A stretch of 64,000 nucleotides of DNA from a virus. A program made the position numbers and the translations under genes. Positions 48,301 to 56,281 of the stretch are shown here, piece by piece. The stretch is taken from positions 36,971 through 100,970 of IMG/VR virus record IMGVR_UViG_3300017743_005089. One strand, 5' to 3'. The notes under the pieces were generated by a model. The model saw only the letters and a list, made by a program, of their open reading frames with translations. It was not told the origin of the DNA and ran no database searches. Positions within the stretch are counted from its first letter, which is position 1; every line of letters starts with the position of its first letter.

Positions 48301-49842
48301 GTTAAAGAGTCCTATGACCCTTCTAGTCCAGCGATCTGGAAAGATCTTACAGGCAATGAAAATCATATGACATTGAATAGTGTTGAGTCTAGTAACGATG
48401 ATTTAGTTTATAATCTTTTTTTTACTATTGGAGAGTCCCGAGCTTCTGTTACTTTTACTGATAGAAACTTAGATTCTGTCACAACAATAAGGTTTGAACA
48501 ATTAAACTCTGGCACTCCTCGCTGGGATTTGTCTGGCACCCAGCTCGTACTAAAATACATAAACTTTAATAACTTATCTGATTTGTCTAACTCGAACCCA
48601 GATGGCTTGACATCAGACCATTCTCTTCAATATGGAAGGGGTCTAGAGTCTTTTGACTTCGGTCAGCAAGTCGTTAACTTGAGCAACAATAATCTTGGCC
48701 TAGAATTCCAAAAAGTATATAGTAGTGGTTTAAATTTTGATAATTTGAATGCTAACGGTGTTACTGTTGAAACTAAGTCCATCTATGGACAGTCTTGGAA
48801 CCCAGAAGATCAACACTGTATGGATATGTGGGTTCGGTTTAACCCTGTAAAATTCAGAATTACTATTTATACAATGAACTCCACCTTTCCCGTAAATAAT
48901 AAAGATACCGATAAATCTGGCCTAGGAGTACAAATAAGGTTTAAAATAGGCACACAACTTACAAATTACCAAACCTTTTTTCACACAGCAGACTATAACG
49001 AAGTCATATACAAAGAGTTTACTGCATACCATCAAATTCCAACCGAAGTTCATATTAAAAATTTTGACGATGACGGCTATGGTTTTTGGAAATTGACTAT
49101 AACTCTTTATGACAGCCTAGTAGCCACGTCAGGAAACGTGCATATTTTAGCTGAGCATCCAAATGGTGCAACAGGCCAAGCTTTTGCCCGAAGTAGATTT
49201 TTTGTCGACGGAAATCAAGATAGTGGAACCCCGAAAGAGTCAATTTTTAAACTTAATGGTGCGGGAGATGTTCGTAAGAATAACCCCGACACTGGTGGAG
49301 TTGAATCATTTACTAGTGACACGCCCATGGTCTCTAGGTGGTGGCTTGGAACATTTGGGGGCCATCAGACAGGCTCAATTCATTATTTAAGAAATCAATT
49401 TGGCATATGGGGAAAAGGGCACCAGTATTCTTTAGGGCTCGGTCAAGACGGTAATTGGCATCATATAGCTGTGCAAATTGATCATGATGGTCATATGAAG
49501 TGGTTTTTAGATGGCACCCTTAAACATACTAGGACAGATGACGCTCGACCCCACACTAGTTTCGCAAATAAAAAACTCGACATAAATCCTAGCGTTGATT
49601 ATAATCAAGGAAACCCCGATGTAAACATATCCTCTATCAGGCTTTGGAATAATGGCCTAAGTACTCAAGCCATAACTTTTCTTTATAACTTAGGCAGAGA
49701 CATTTCTTTGCTTGAAAATAACCCCTGGAGAGGGCTTTTTGATACGCGCTCAGCTGGTCAAACAACTTCTAGTGGTGGCAGTCAACCCCATAATAATTTA
49801 CAGCCCTATACAGTTGTAAAAATGTGGAAGAGAGATTCTTAA
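45352..49842 (+). CDS. Long tail fibre, paralogue of 43054, with LamG-like inserts
   Basis: Same repeats and split collar motifs; two LamG-like segments (FTIDFWV..WNHIA..LYLNG; WKDLTGN..WHHIA..WFLDG). Confidence 0.78.
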   Translation: MPTQNFLPSSSGENSLGASDLKFSDGYFNSGAFESGIIAEAFYLRSKLYPHSFLTIDGLVEESSDINVEKYLNFPKWKSGINEGGTLSAENIYRNENVGIGTDDPSERLHVQGNSSITGDVTVKNFMFLSSLDSEDFSLGNEDLIEKTNDASASIYRESPTTSLVKNDGLNLVRLSSLHPLVVSEFSSSNNGRSYIQNIDLDRYGHVTGLSSSRESFIDTQVRKEKVEDLIESTILNGNEISIIKNSKGRLVVNSEHTFVNSCGNSFNSGRTYLQNLFFDEYGHCVLSSNSFEDFEAIDVIQLITAQGNMSSSLSNNTFTLSSTHPNVSPVASDSSNPSRTYIQNIELDEFGHVSSYSSNSETLTIDETTDEILRLNPPGDNIEMVKIEPSNSILISSSHESILSSVSTNNAGRTYIKDISLDQYGHITSLSTHTETFEPRTDSEIINYVSNSALQEGSNITLSELSPSPLNGPLDNTNSFPNNKTIHLQHTSPDLSSIINHGSISYIYYSGMGFDQQNLLFNQGALKFSENSFIALPWQAASFSNGENFTIDFWVLKDFVNSQFDYEHFIATHSPAVNPGWILQYPNWSIRFNTSTSVFEFIFGKGKVLTSGSFTLNKWNHIAIERKNGTIRLYLNGVSIQAATYPDAFNVFGLNGSQFPNIPNTGGSGNFELGNVDGVVGDYGSFNGYIQDFRIIKGVSAYNGANFNPQLIISSTHSTKTVAKNNPGSNRFIQNLSFDNHGHIESISYKERTTDAEILEAFSESLNQGTVQTSINSNKDELEMYAVEKLPDIKPPGFVYLTVNNDFDPNDFKIIVSSGTSKVLILLDHTDPLIDGVNSNTIAEFSLSPGATRVDYISGENTLKFLLKSTSDTLSSFADDFNNIIGMGHVKTSLLQGGGQEDFPFGETFPVSQNFPGSWSLFGAGQTLVGQGSGYTAGDTGGSKTHTLTASEMPIHNHGNTPIMGTDFDAAGGGLIMHLNSSVKESYDPSSPAIWKDLTGNENHMTLNSVESSNDDLVYNLFFTIGESRASVTFTDRNLDSVTTIRFEQLNSGTPRWDLSGTQLVLKYINFNNLSDLSNSNPDGLTSDHSLQYGRGLESFDFGQQVVNLSNNNLGLEFQKVYSSGLNFDNLNANGVTVETKSIYGQSWNPEDQHCMDMWVRFNPVKFRITIYTMNSTFPVNNKDTDKSGLGVQIRFKIGTQLTNYQTFFHTADYNEVIYKEFTAYHQIPTEVHIKNFDDDGYGFWKLTITLYDSLVATSGNVHILAEHPNGATGQAFARSRFFVDGNQDSGTPKESIFKLNGAGDVRKNNPDTGGVESFTSDTPMVSRWWLGTFGGHQTGSIHYLRNQFGIWGKGHQYSLGLGQDGNWHHIAVQIDHDGHMKWFLDGTLKHTRTDDARPHTSFANKKLDINPSVDYNQGNPDVNISSIRLWNNGLSTQAITFLYNLGRDISLLENNPWRGLFDTRSAGQTTSSGGSQPHNNLQPYTVVKMWKRDS

Positions 49843-49850
49843 TTTTTTTC

Positions 49851-49879
49851 TTGACATTTCATAATGCGCATGCTAACAT
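49851..49879 (+). promoter_or_regulatory. sigma70-type promoter with extended -10 (leaderless geometry)
   Basis: TTGACA-N17-TAACAT with TGn; 6 nt before ATG. Confidence 0.7.
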
Positions 49880-49885
49880 GTATGG

Positions 49886-50425
49886 ATGTCAAATTTATTA
49901 TCAAAAACTAAAACTTATTTAGTTGGCCACATGCAATATTTAAGTGGCCGTGATTGGAGAGAAGAAGTCACGAAAAAACTAAAAGACATAAACATCACAT
50001 GTTTTGATCCTTATAAAAAACCTTTCATTAAAGATGTTGAAGAAGATGAAGCATCAAGAATAGAAATGGAAACATGGATGAAGACAAAACAATACGACCG
50101 AGTCTCAGAAAGAATGAAAACTGTTAGATCATATGATTTAAATTTAGTAGATAGAAGTGATTTTATCATCGCAAATTTAGTTCCCGACGTTGCTAGTTGG
50201 GGGTCAGCAGAAGAAATTGTCACCGCGATCAGAATGAAAAAGCCGACATTTATCAGTATGGAAGGCGGTAAATCTAAAGCGCCTTTATGGTTGCTTGGAA
50301 TGCTCCCCCATAAATATATTTATAATTCGCTTGACGAAATCATAGAAATGTTGTATGCTATTGACAATGGAATTAAACCGATAGACTCCGATAGATGGAG
50401 ATTACTAAGAAAGGAATACAGATAA
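49886..50425 (+). CDS. Nucleoside 2-deoxyribosyltransferase / NMP hydrolase-like protein
   Basis: TYLVG.M, WR, FDP, DL..V..SD, S.GS.EE. Confidence 0.7.
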   Translation: MSNLLSKTKTYLVGHMQYLSGRDWREEVTKKLKDINITCFDPYKKPFIKDVEEDEASRIEMETWMKTKQYDRVSERMKTVRSYDLNLVDRSDFIIANLVPDVASWGSAEEIVTAIRMKKPTFISMEGGKSKAPLWLLGMLPHKYIYNSLDEIIEMLYAIDNGIKPIDSDRWRLLRKEYR

Positions 50426-50427
50426 TT

Positions 50428-50538
50428 ATGATTACAGTTTTAGCATCAACAATTCAAGAACCAATTTTTATACTTTTCTCTATAGTCGTGGTAGCAGTTA
50501 TTTTGATTGCAAAAGGCGGAGAAGTTAGAAAATTTTAA
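50428..50538 (+). CDS. 36-aa single-TM peptide
   Basis: MITVLASTIQEPIFILFSIVVVAVILIAKGGEVRKF fills the intergenic gap. Confidence 0.5.
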   Translation: MITVLASTIQEPIFILFSIVVVAVILIAKGGEVRKF

Positions 50539-50568
50539 TTTTTTTATTAACATATACATATTATACTT

Positions 50569-50829
50569 ATGAGCGATACCGAAAAGAAAAACACAGAGTG
50601 GGATGACAGGGAGCTAGGCGCCCTTTGGATTAACGTAAAACCTGGAGGAAACGACAAATACCTCACAGGTCATATCAATAATGAAAAAGTTATTGTATTT
50701 AAAAACAAGTTTAAGGATGAAAATCCCAAAGCTCCAGACTTTAGAGTTTACAAGCAAAAAGAAATGAACTCTACATCTTCTGATTCAAATGTAGAAAAAA
50801 AAGAAGAAGCCGAAGAAGACTTGATTTAG
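50569..50829 (+). CDS. DUF736-like protein, possible SSB
   Basis: LGALW, YLTG, N..K...KAPDFRV; acidic tail ending EEDLI. Confidence 0.55.
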   Translation: MSDTEKKNTEWDDRELGALWINVKPGGNDKYLTGHINNEKVIVFKNKFKDENPKAPDFRVYKQKEMNSTSSDSNVEKKEEAEEDLI

Positions 50830-50849
50830 TGTAAAATATATTTACATAT

Positions 50850-51941
50850 ATGAATACAAAATACGGACTGATCTGCAATTCAAAAATCTTAAAAGAGGAA
50901 GACCCTTCTAAAGATTTTATTGGCTTAACGAGAAAAGACTTTGGTAAAATATCTTCGGAAGAAGGTGACCAAAAAGCTCTTCAGAAATTAGGTCAAGACG
51001 TGATGCATAATTTAAACCTAACGGTTGAGATTATTGATCATTGCAGGTCAGTCGGTATTGATCATTATAGATTAAACACTTCTATTTTTGGAATTGTTTC
51101 TGATCCTGGGTTTGACATTGATTTTAAAGACCTTCCGAATGTTCCCGCTTTAACCGAAGCGATAAAAAACATTGGCAGAACCTCTATAACAAAAGGCGTG
51201 TCATTATCTATTCAACCTGATAAGTTTTGCAAGCTTATAGACGAAGAAGAGTCTGTCGTAGAAAAATCTGTTAAAGAATTGAATTTCTACTCTTGGTTTC
51301 TTGACACTCTCGGGGGTCAACCAAATATATCTTGCCCTATAACCCTTCACTTAAATTCTCAACCAGAAAAAGACGACCATGAATCTTACTGTAATTTTGC
51401 GGATAGATTTTTTGAAAATTTCCAAACTCTTGATTCTGGTACTAGAGATCGATTGGTTTTAAAGAACGCTGATCATGGTTCTTGGAGCGCGTTTAACTTA
51501 TTCAAATACATGCATGTTTATTGTTTTGAAGAACATGATTACGGATTCCCCTTGTCTTACAACAATTTGTTTGATGCTCTTAACCCCTCCAAGATTGACG
51601 ATTCAATCGTAGAGCAGCAGATTAATGTTGGAGCATTTAATGAAACTTGGAAAGGTGTTGTTCCTGTTTTTACTTGGAGCGAATCTAAAAGCGCCGAAAA
51701 CAGAAGGGCTCACGCGGAAGAGCTTTCTGGACCAATTAATGATTTCGGCTACCAAATAAAATGGGAGGTAGATGTAACAGGTAAAGACGTTTCCATTATA
51801 AAACTTTTTGACTCCGATGAAAAATCTAGAATTTCTCAAGAAGAATTAGTTAAGCTAACTAGAGGTAGATACCAAAGAGTTACCAATAATTATAATGCTT
51901 TGTATGAAGCCGCAAGAAAATCAAAAGATATTTCTGAATAA
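50850..51941 (+). CDS. UvsE/UVDE-fold protein with degenerate active site
   Basis: YGL.C, NL...I, I.HYRL, S..EL, LHLN, RLVL.N.D, RAHA, GKD scaffold; several metal ligands replaced. Confidence 0.72.
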   Translation: MNTKYGLICNSKILKEEDPSKDFIGLTRKDFGKISSEEGDQKALQKLGQDVMHNLNLTVEIIDHCRSVGIDHYRLNTSIFGIVSDPGFDIDFKDLPNVPALTEAIKNIGRTSITKGVSLSIQPDKFCKLIDEEESVVEKSVKELNFYSWFLDTLGGQPNISCPITLHLNSQPEKDDHESYCNFADRFFENFQTLDSGTRDRLVLKNADHGSWSAFNLFKYMHVYCFEEHDYGFPLSYNNLFDALNPSKIDDSIVEQQINVGAFNETWKGVVPVFTWSESKSAENRRAHAEELSGPINDFGYQIKWEVDVTGKDVSIIKLFDSDEKSRISQEELVKLTRGRYQRVTNNYNALYEAARKSKDISE

Positions 51942-51963
51942 CCTTTGTTCTTTAAAATTTTAT

Positions 51964-52332
51964 GGGCGTGTACTGGATTCGATTTAATTTGGATTAGTGC
52001 ACTGCAAGCGGGAGATTGTGTTCGGCTCCCAAAAAAAACACAACTTTTGTAACTGGCAATAAAGCTCGTGCAAAAACTTTTGGTTTCCGCAAGGCTTCCA
52101 AGGTTGCTTTAGCAGCTTAAGCGCTGCTACCTCTCCCTTCTCGACGCAGATAAAGAAGACGAGGGGTCATCTATCTGCAAGACAGAAAAGGTTTACTTGT
52201 TAATAATCTGTAAATAATTGAAACAAGTAGTTAGATGTTAATATCAATAACTATAAAAAAAATTAACTAAGCTTGTAGATGTGTATTTTTGAAGATTTAA
52301 AGACGGCGGTTCAACTCCGCCCACGTCCACCA
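51964..52332 (+). ncRNA. ssrA: tmRNA (one-piece)
   Basis: 5' GGGCGTG pairs with 3' CACGTCC-ACCA including G3:U; GGATTCGA D-loop; T-arm GGCGGTTCAACTCCGCC; tag frame 52055-52120 ends ALAA-TAA. Confidence 0.95.
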
Positions 52333-52343
52333 TTTTAAATATT

Positions 52344-52374
52344 AAGCCCCCTATTTCTAGGGGGCTTTTCTTTT
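52344..52374 (+). terminator. Intrinsic terminator after tmRNA, between convergent genes
   Basis: AAGCCCCCTA-TTTC-TAGGGGGCTT followed by a T tract. Confidence 0.85.
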
Positions 52375-52409
52375 GGAGTGTTGGCTTTAGCCGATCTAAA
52401 TATCTTATT

Positions 52410-53216
52410 TTATTCGGGGCGCTTTCCTAGTGGTTTTCCATCTTGTCCGATTTCACCCGCTCTAATTTTTGTGGCGGATACTTCTTGTAATTCTTTACTT
52501 AGTTCAATCATCTCTATGTTGTACCCAACCCCTCTTCCGTAAAAAATATCCATAATATTGGGGAGCTCGACAACTTTAATTTTATTCCCGAATTCAATGC
52601 AAGCAGATTCTATTTCTTTCTTAACTTGCTCGAAATTATATGGATTCTTATCGTCAATTCCGCCGACATCTCTTAGCGCTATACAGCATTGACCTGTTCT
52701 TCTTACAGCTTCTGCCACAAGATTTTTGTGACCAACATGAAAAGGTTGGTACCTACCAATTAAAAGCGCCGTTGGAGCCTGATTGTCCCAAGCTTCGGTT
52801 TTATTCAATTCCTTTAAGGTTTTCTCTACCCATTCTTCTGGCGTTCCAGTTGTAAGCCTTAAATCATAATTCATAGGTCTTTGAAACATCTTATTAGTAT
52901 CTTCGTATCTACCCTCCATTATACGGTCCACCCATATAACAAAGTCTGCATTAAAAGCGGCTCTAGTTTCTTGAGTCGGGCATACAAAGTCAGCTATAAC
53001 ATAAGATCCCCCCATTTTTGCCCAATCACATAGTTTCCCCATCCTTGTGGCATGAGCAAGCCTATCTTCGGCTGAAAAGCCTAGCTCGGAGTATATGTCC
53101 TGCCTTACGGCATCTGCATTGAACCATGCTGCGTTTAACTTAGATACTAATTTTTCAGCTAATGTAGTTTTTCCTGATCCAGGAAGACCCATTATGAGAA
53201 TCTTTCTTTTTGTCAT
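52410..53216 (-). CDS. APS-kinase-like P-loop domain fused to an HxGH nucleotidyltransferase
   Basis: GLPGSGKTT, NAD.VR, LGFSAEDR, FVCP; then GRYQPFHVGH, YGRGVG, SATKIR. Confidence 0.8.
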   Translation of the reverse strand: MTKRKILIMGLPGSGKTTLAEKLVSKLNAAWFNADAVRQDIYSELGFSAEDRLAHATRMGKLCDWAKMGGSYVIADFVCPTQETRAAFNADFVIWVDRIMEGRYEDTNKMFQRPMNYDLRLTTGTPEEWVEKTLKELNKTEAWDNQAPTALLIGRYQPFHVGHKNLVAEAVRRTGQCCIALRDVGGIDDKNPYNFEQVKKEIESACIEFGNKIKVVELPNIMDIFYGRGVGYNIEMIELSKELQEVSATKIRAGEIGQDGKPLGKRPE

Positions 53217-53257
53217 ACTTATTGTTACATTTATTTTTATATTTTAGGAAAAAAAAC

Positions 53258-53286
53258 TTGACTTCGATTGTATATTGTGCTAATAT
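53258..53286 (+). promoter_or_regulatory. sigma70-type promoter with extended -10
   Basis: TTGACT-N17-TAATAT with TGn; 10 nt before ATG 53297. Confidence 0.7.
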
Positions 53287-53296
53287 ATGTCTCATA

Positions 53297-53509
53297 ATGA
53301 AAACAATTTCTAAAAACTTAGTAAAAAACGAAAATGTCGTATTCGTCGTTACCAGAAGAGGCCGAAGAATTGAAGAGACAAATTATAAAACTCAGCCCGA
53401 AGCTTTATATAGAGCCGACTGCCTTTACTCAACGCTGAAAGAATGGGATCCAGGCGACCTCGATAAGATAAATATCGTGAAGACCTCCCGTCCATATAAA
53501 ATATTTTAA
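53297..53509 (+). CDS. Hypothetical protein
   Basis: ATG just after the promoter; the track's upstream extension overlaps the divergent gene. Confidence 0.6.
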   Translation: MKTISKNLVKNENVVFVVTRRGRRIEETNYKTQPEALYRADCLYSTLKEWDPGDLDKINIVKTSRPYKIF

Positions 53510-53512
53510 TTA

Positions 53513-53941
53513 ATGAAAGTTAAATTCACTAAAACCAATCCATTAGCAAAAACTCCAGAAAAAGCAAATGCAACTGATGCGGGCTTTGATCTTACAGCTA
53601 TAGCAGTGACCTATCCTTCTGACTCTTTAGGGGTGTTCATTGAGGTCTGCACTGGAATATGTCTTGAGATCCCAAAAGGTTATGTTGGTTTAGTTTTTCC
53701 TAGATCCAGCATAAGCAATACAAAGCATTTCTTGAGAAATTCTGTAGGGGTTATTGATAGCGGCTACAGAGGTGAAATAAAATTGAGGTTTTCCACTGAT
53801 GATACTAATACTTGCTATCAAATTGGAGATAAAGTAGGGCAAGTAGTTTTCATTAGGCTCCCTGTGGTTGAAATGATCGAATCAAGTGTTCTTTCTGATT
53901 CTGACAGGGGGTTAGGAGGTTTTGGGAGCACGGGCAAATGA
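53513..53941 (+). CDS. dut: Trimeric dUTPase
   Basis: AGFDL, PRSS, GVIDSGYRGEI, GQ, RG.GGFGSTG. Confidence 0.93.
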   Translation: MKVKFTKTNPLAKTPEKANATDAGFDLTAIAVTYPSDSLGVFIEVCTGICLEIPKGYVGLVFPRSSISNTKHFLRNSVGVIDSGYRGEIKLRFSTDDTNTCYQIGDKVGQVVFIRLPVVEMIESSVLSDSDRGLGGFGSTGK

Positions 53942-54138
53942 TTCTGTTTAATTATATTTTAAATAAGTTTTGCCCTTATGTAGCTATAATTTTTACTATG
54001 TCTACTTGCTTACCTTATGATCGCTGGCAGTTATATGTTATATCAGGAATGATATTCTTTATAGACAGGTTTAGCTTTAACGCGGGTTATAGTTTGGCTT
54101 ATTGCCATTCGAACAATATTGATTTAAGCAAAAAATGA
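53938..54138 (+). CDS. Small membrane protein
   Basis: Hydrophobic; ATGA overlaps on both sides. Confidence 0.5.
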   Translation: MILFNYILNKFCPYVAIIFTMSTCLPYDRWQLYVISGMIFFIDRFSFNAGYSLAYCHSNNIDLSKK

Positions 54139-54380
54139 GCATGGTTAAAAAATTTGCTCTTAAATTAAAAGAAAAACTTTTTGGCAACAAATATTACGTT
54201 GTCTATCGAAATAAAGACCAAAAGATTAAGACTTATCTGATAGGTGATATAGATTTGTACAAATCTTTTGGCAACTCAAATGAAAAAAGAGATAATGCTG
54301 GATTTAGAGCTTACTGCTTTGCTAGAAAATCCGTTAGGTCTTTTCGCCACGACAGGATAGTGTCTATTTCTAAAAAATAA
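54135..54380 (+). CDS. Stand-alone WYL-like domain protein
   Basis: Y.N......AYC..R...RSFR.DRI. Confidence 0.65.
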   Translation: MSMVKKFALKLKEKLFGNKYYVVYRNKDQKIKTYLIGDIDLYKSFGNSNEKRDNAGFRAYCFARKSVRSFRHDRIVSISKK

Positions 54381-54382
54381 TT

Positions 54383-54991
54383 TTGGATATATTTTTGTGC
54401 GTTCTTTTGGTCCTTCTTGGGTTTGGTTTCGTTTTTTACAACTTAACTAATAGTGGTAGTAACAATGATGAGATACAGCAACAAGACAAGCAAGACTTCT
54501 TGGACCAAATAAATAAATTTGTTGAAAAAGATAGAGAAAAAGATATAATACATCAAACAAGTGTAAATAATTTAACGCAAGAAATAACTTCTTTAAAAGA
54601 AAAACAGTCAGAATTATTATTAAATAACAAAGACTGGGAAAAAAATTACAATAACTTAAACGCCGAGTACTTAAAAAGAGTAGACTCACTTGAAAAAACA
54701 ATACTAGAACTTTCCGAACAAAAGAAAAAAGTCACGTCACAAAAGAAAAGTAGCGAAGTAAGACTTGGACATATAGCGGAAACCCTAGCCCCATTTTTAG
54801 AACAATTCGAATTTGACCCAGAAACCTGCACTTTCTTAGGTAAACCTATAGATTATATTTCATTTGGAGACGAAGGAATAACATTTATAGAAGTTAAAAG
54901 CGGTAAAAGCCAACTTTCAGCTAAACAAAGACACATAAGAGATTTGGTTAAAGCAAAATTGGTCTACTGGAAAGAAGTAAGGATTAAATAA
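54383..54991 (+). CDS. Membrane-anchored Holliday-junction-resolvase-like endonuclease
   Basis: N-terminal TM, coiled coil, G.IAE.LAPF, FLG.PIDY, FIEVKSG. Confidence 0.78.
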   Translation: MDIFLCVLLVLLGFGFVFYNLTNSGSNNDEIQQQDKQDFLDQINKFVEKDREKDIIHQTSVNNLTQEITSLKEKQSELLLNNKDWEKNYNNLNAEYLKRVDSLEKTILELSEQKKKVTSQKKSSEVRLGHIAETLAPFLEQFEFDPETCTFLGKPIDYISFGDEGITFIEVKSGKSQLSAKQRHIRDLVKAKLVYWKEVRIK

Positions 54992-55016
54992 ATTTTATTA
55001 ACAACAATAATACAAT

Positions 55017-55664
55017 ATGAAAACGAAAATCGTATCATTATTACTCGCCTTCGGGCTTTTTATTAACGTCGGATCTGCTGCATCTGCTAACTTAGGTTAT
55101 GCTTCTGATTATTTCTACAGAGGAATTCAAAAATCTGAAGAATCTATTCAAGCATCTTTGGAGTTTGAGAAATCAATTGCTGGACTTAACGCAAGCGCAT
55201 CAGTTTTCACCAACCAATCTGTTGATTCTAGTGCAGACACTTACATCGTTTCTGGTGGAGCCTCAAAATCTTTTGCGGACGGCTTGCTTGGCGCTTATGC
55301 AGGCTTAAATCACATTGAAGATGTAGTAGGTTTAGCTAGTTCTGAAGTAGAAATTACCGTTTCTATTAATTCGGTGCTCAGCCCCACCTTGTCTGCTTAT
55401 AGAGATCTTGATGACTCTTTGTATACGTTTGAATTGGGTTTATCTCATGGAATTGATTTAGGTTTTGCTGATCTTGGCTTAGGCGCCCTAGCTGGCAACA
55501 CAGAGACATCCAGCACTGATTCAAGAACTTATTATGTAGCTGGAGCAGAACTCAGTAAATCTCTAAACGATTCAGCTTCCATCTCAGTTTCTTCAGATTA
55601 TGTTGACGCGGAAGACATTGACAGAGAATTTGTTTTCTCTTCTGCTTTAACTCTTAAATTCTAA
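55017..55664 (+). CDS. Outer-membrane beta-barrel (TIGR02001/Gcw_chp-like porin)
   Basis: Sec signal, SDY.YRG, alternating beta strands, terminal Phe. Confidence 0.75.
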   Translation: MKTKIVSLLLAFGLFINVGSAASANLGYASDYFYRGIQKSEESIQASLEFEKSIAGLNASASVFTNQSVDSSADTYIVSGGASKSFADGLLGAYAGLNHIEDVVGLASSEVEITVSINSVLSPTLSAYRDLDDSLYTFELGLSHGIDLGFADLGLGALAGNTETSSTDSRTYYVAGAELSKSLNDSASISVSSDYVDAEDIDREFVFSSALTLKF

Positions 55665-55683
55665 CCCAAACACAATATATATT

Positions 55684-55932
55684 ATGAAAAATACATTGGA
55701 CACAATTAAAGCCTATGCTGGAGGTATTACCAGCGTTTTATTATCATTCATTGGATTACTTGTCATTTCTCAAGTTATCTTTGGCGCTTCTGCTCCTTTA
55801 AATGTAATCTCGAACCTTCAAGGAATCGTTTCTGGTTTCGTAGGTGAGGGCGCCAGCTTGGCTGGAGTTATCACCTTACTTCTTCTAGTTTCCCTACTAG
55901 GAGGTTGCGGTTCATGCTCGAAGAGTAAATAA
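55684..55932 (+). CDS. Two-TM membrane protein
   Basis: Two hydrophobic helices; between the porin and the terminator. Confidence 0.65.
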   Translation: MKNTLDTIKAYAGGITSVLLSFIGLLVISQVIFGASAPLNVISNLQGIVSGFVGEGASLAGVITLLLLVSLLGGCGSCSKSK

Positions 55933-55944
55933 ATAATTTTATTC

Positions 55945-55973
55945 TTGACTTGCCCAAGGGGATCGACTATAAT
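55945..55973 (+). promoter_or_regulatory. sigma70-type promoter overlapping the terminator hairpin
   Basis: TTGACT-N17-TATAAT. Confidence 0.5.
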
Positions 55974-55994
55974 TAGTCGGTCCCCTTTTTTTTT
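55956..55994 (+). terminator. Intrinsic terminator
   Basis: AAGGGGATCGACTA-TAAT-TAGTCGGTCCCCTT with a T9 run. Confidence 0.85.
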
Positions 55995-56069
55995 GGAAAA
56001 ATCAAGGTTTCAAAAAATTTTCCAAACAAGAGGTTGAATTATAGTGGACTATATATTATTATAAGTTAT

Positions 56070-56279
56070 ATGAAAGATGATTTTGAAGAGCCTAGCGGAC
56101 CAGGAGATTATGACGAGCAGACCGACTCATTCCGCTTCGAATTAGATGATTTAGTAGAAAGATACCTTCAGGAATTTGATATTAATACTATAACTATGAT
56201 TGGGGCTTTGACAGAAAAAATGCACGAATTAATTTCTTCTGGTAACGGGGAAATGGATATTAACCTAGACGAAGAATAA
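56070..56279 (+). CDS. Small acidic hypothetical protein
   Basis: ATG 56070 preferred; D/E-rich. Confidence 0.6.
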   Translation: MKDDFEEPSGPGDYDEQTDSFRFELDDLVERYLQEFDINTITMIGALTEKMHELISSGNGEMDINLDEE

Positions 56280-56281
56280 AC

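Noticed and set aside
43054-49842. Diversity-generating retroelement acting on the fibres
   Set aside because: No reverse transcriptase, and no template/variable repeat pair differing at adenines was seen
51964-52332. Host tmRNA used as a prophage attachment site
   Set aside because: No integrase, no duplicated 3' end seen, and phage-like genes on both sides
52640-52855. Plus-strand ORF opposite the kinase fusion
   Set aside because: Shadow of a motif-rich minus-strand gene
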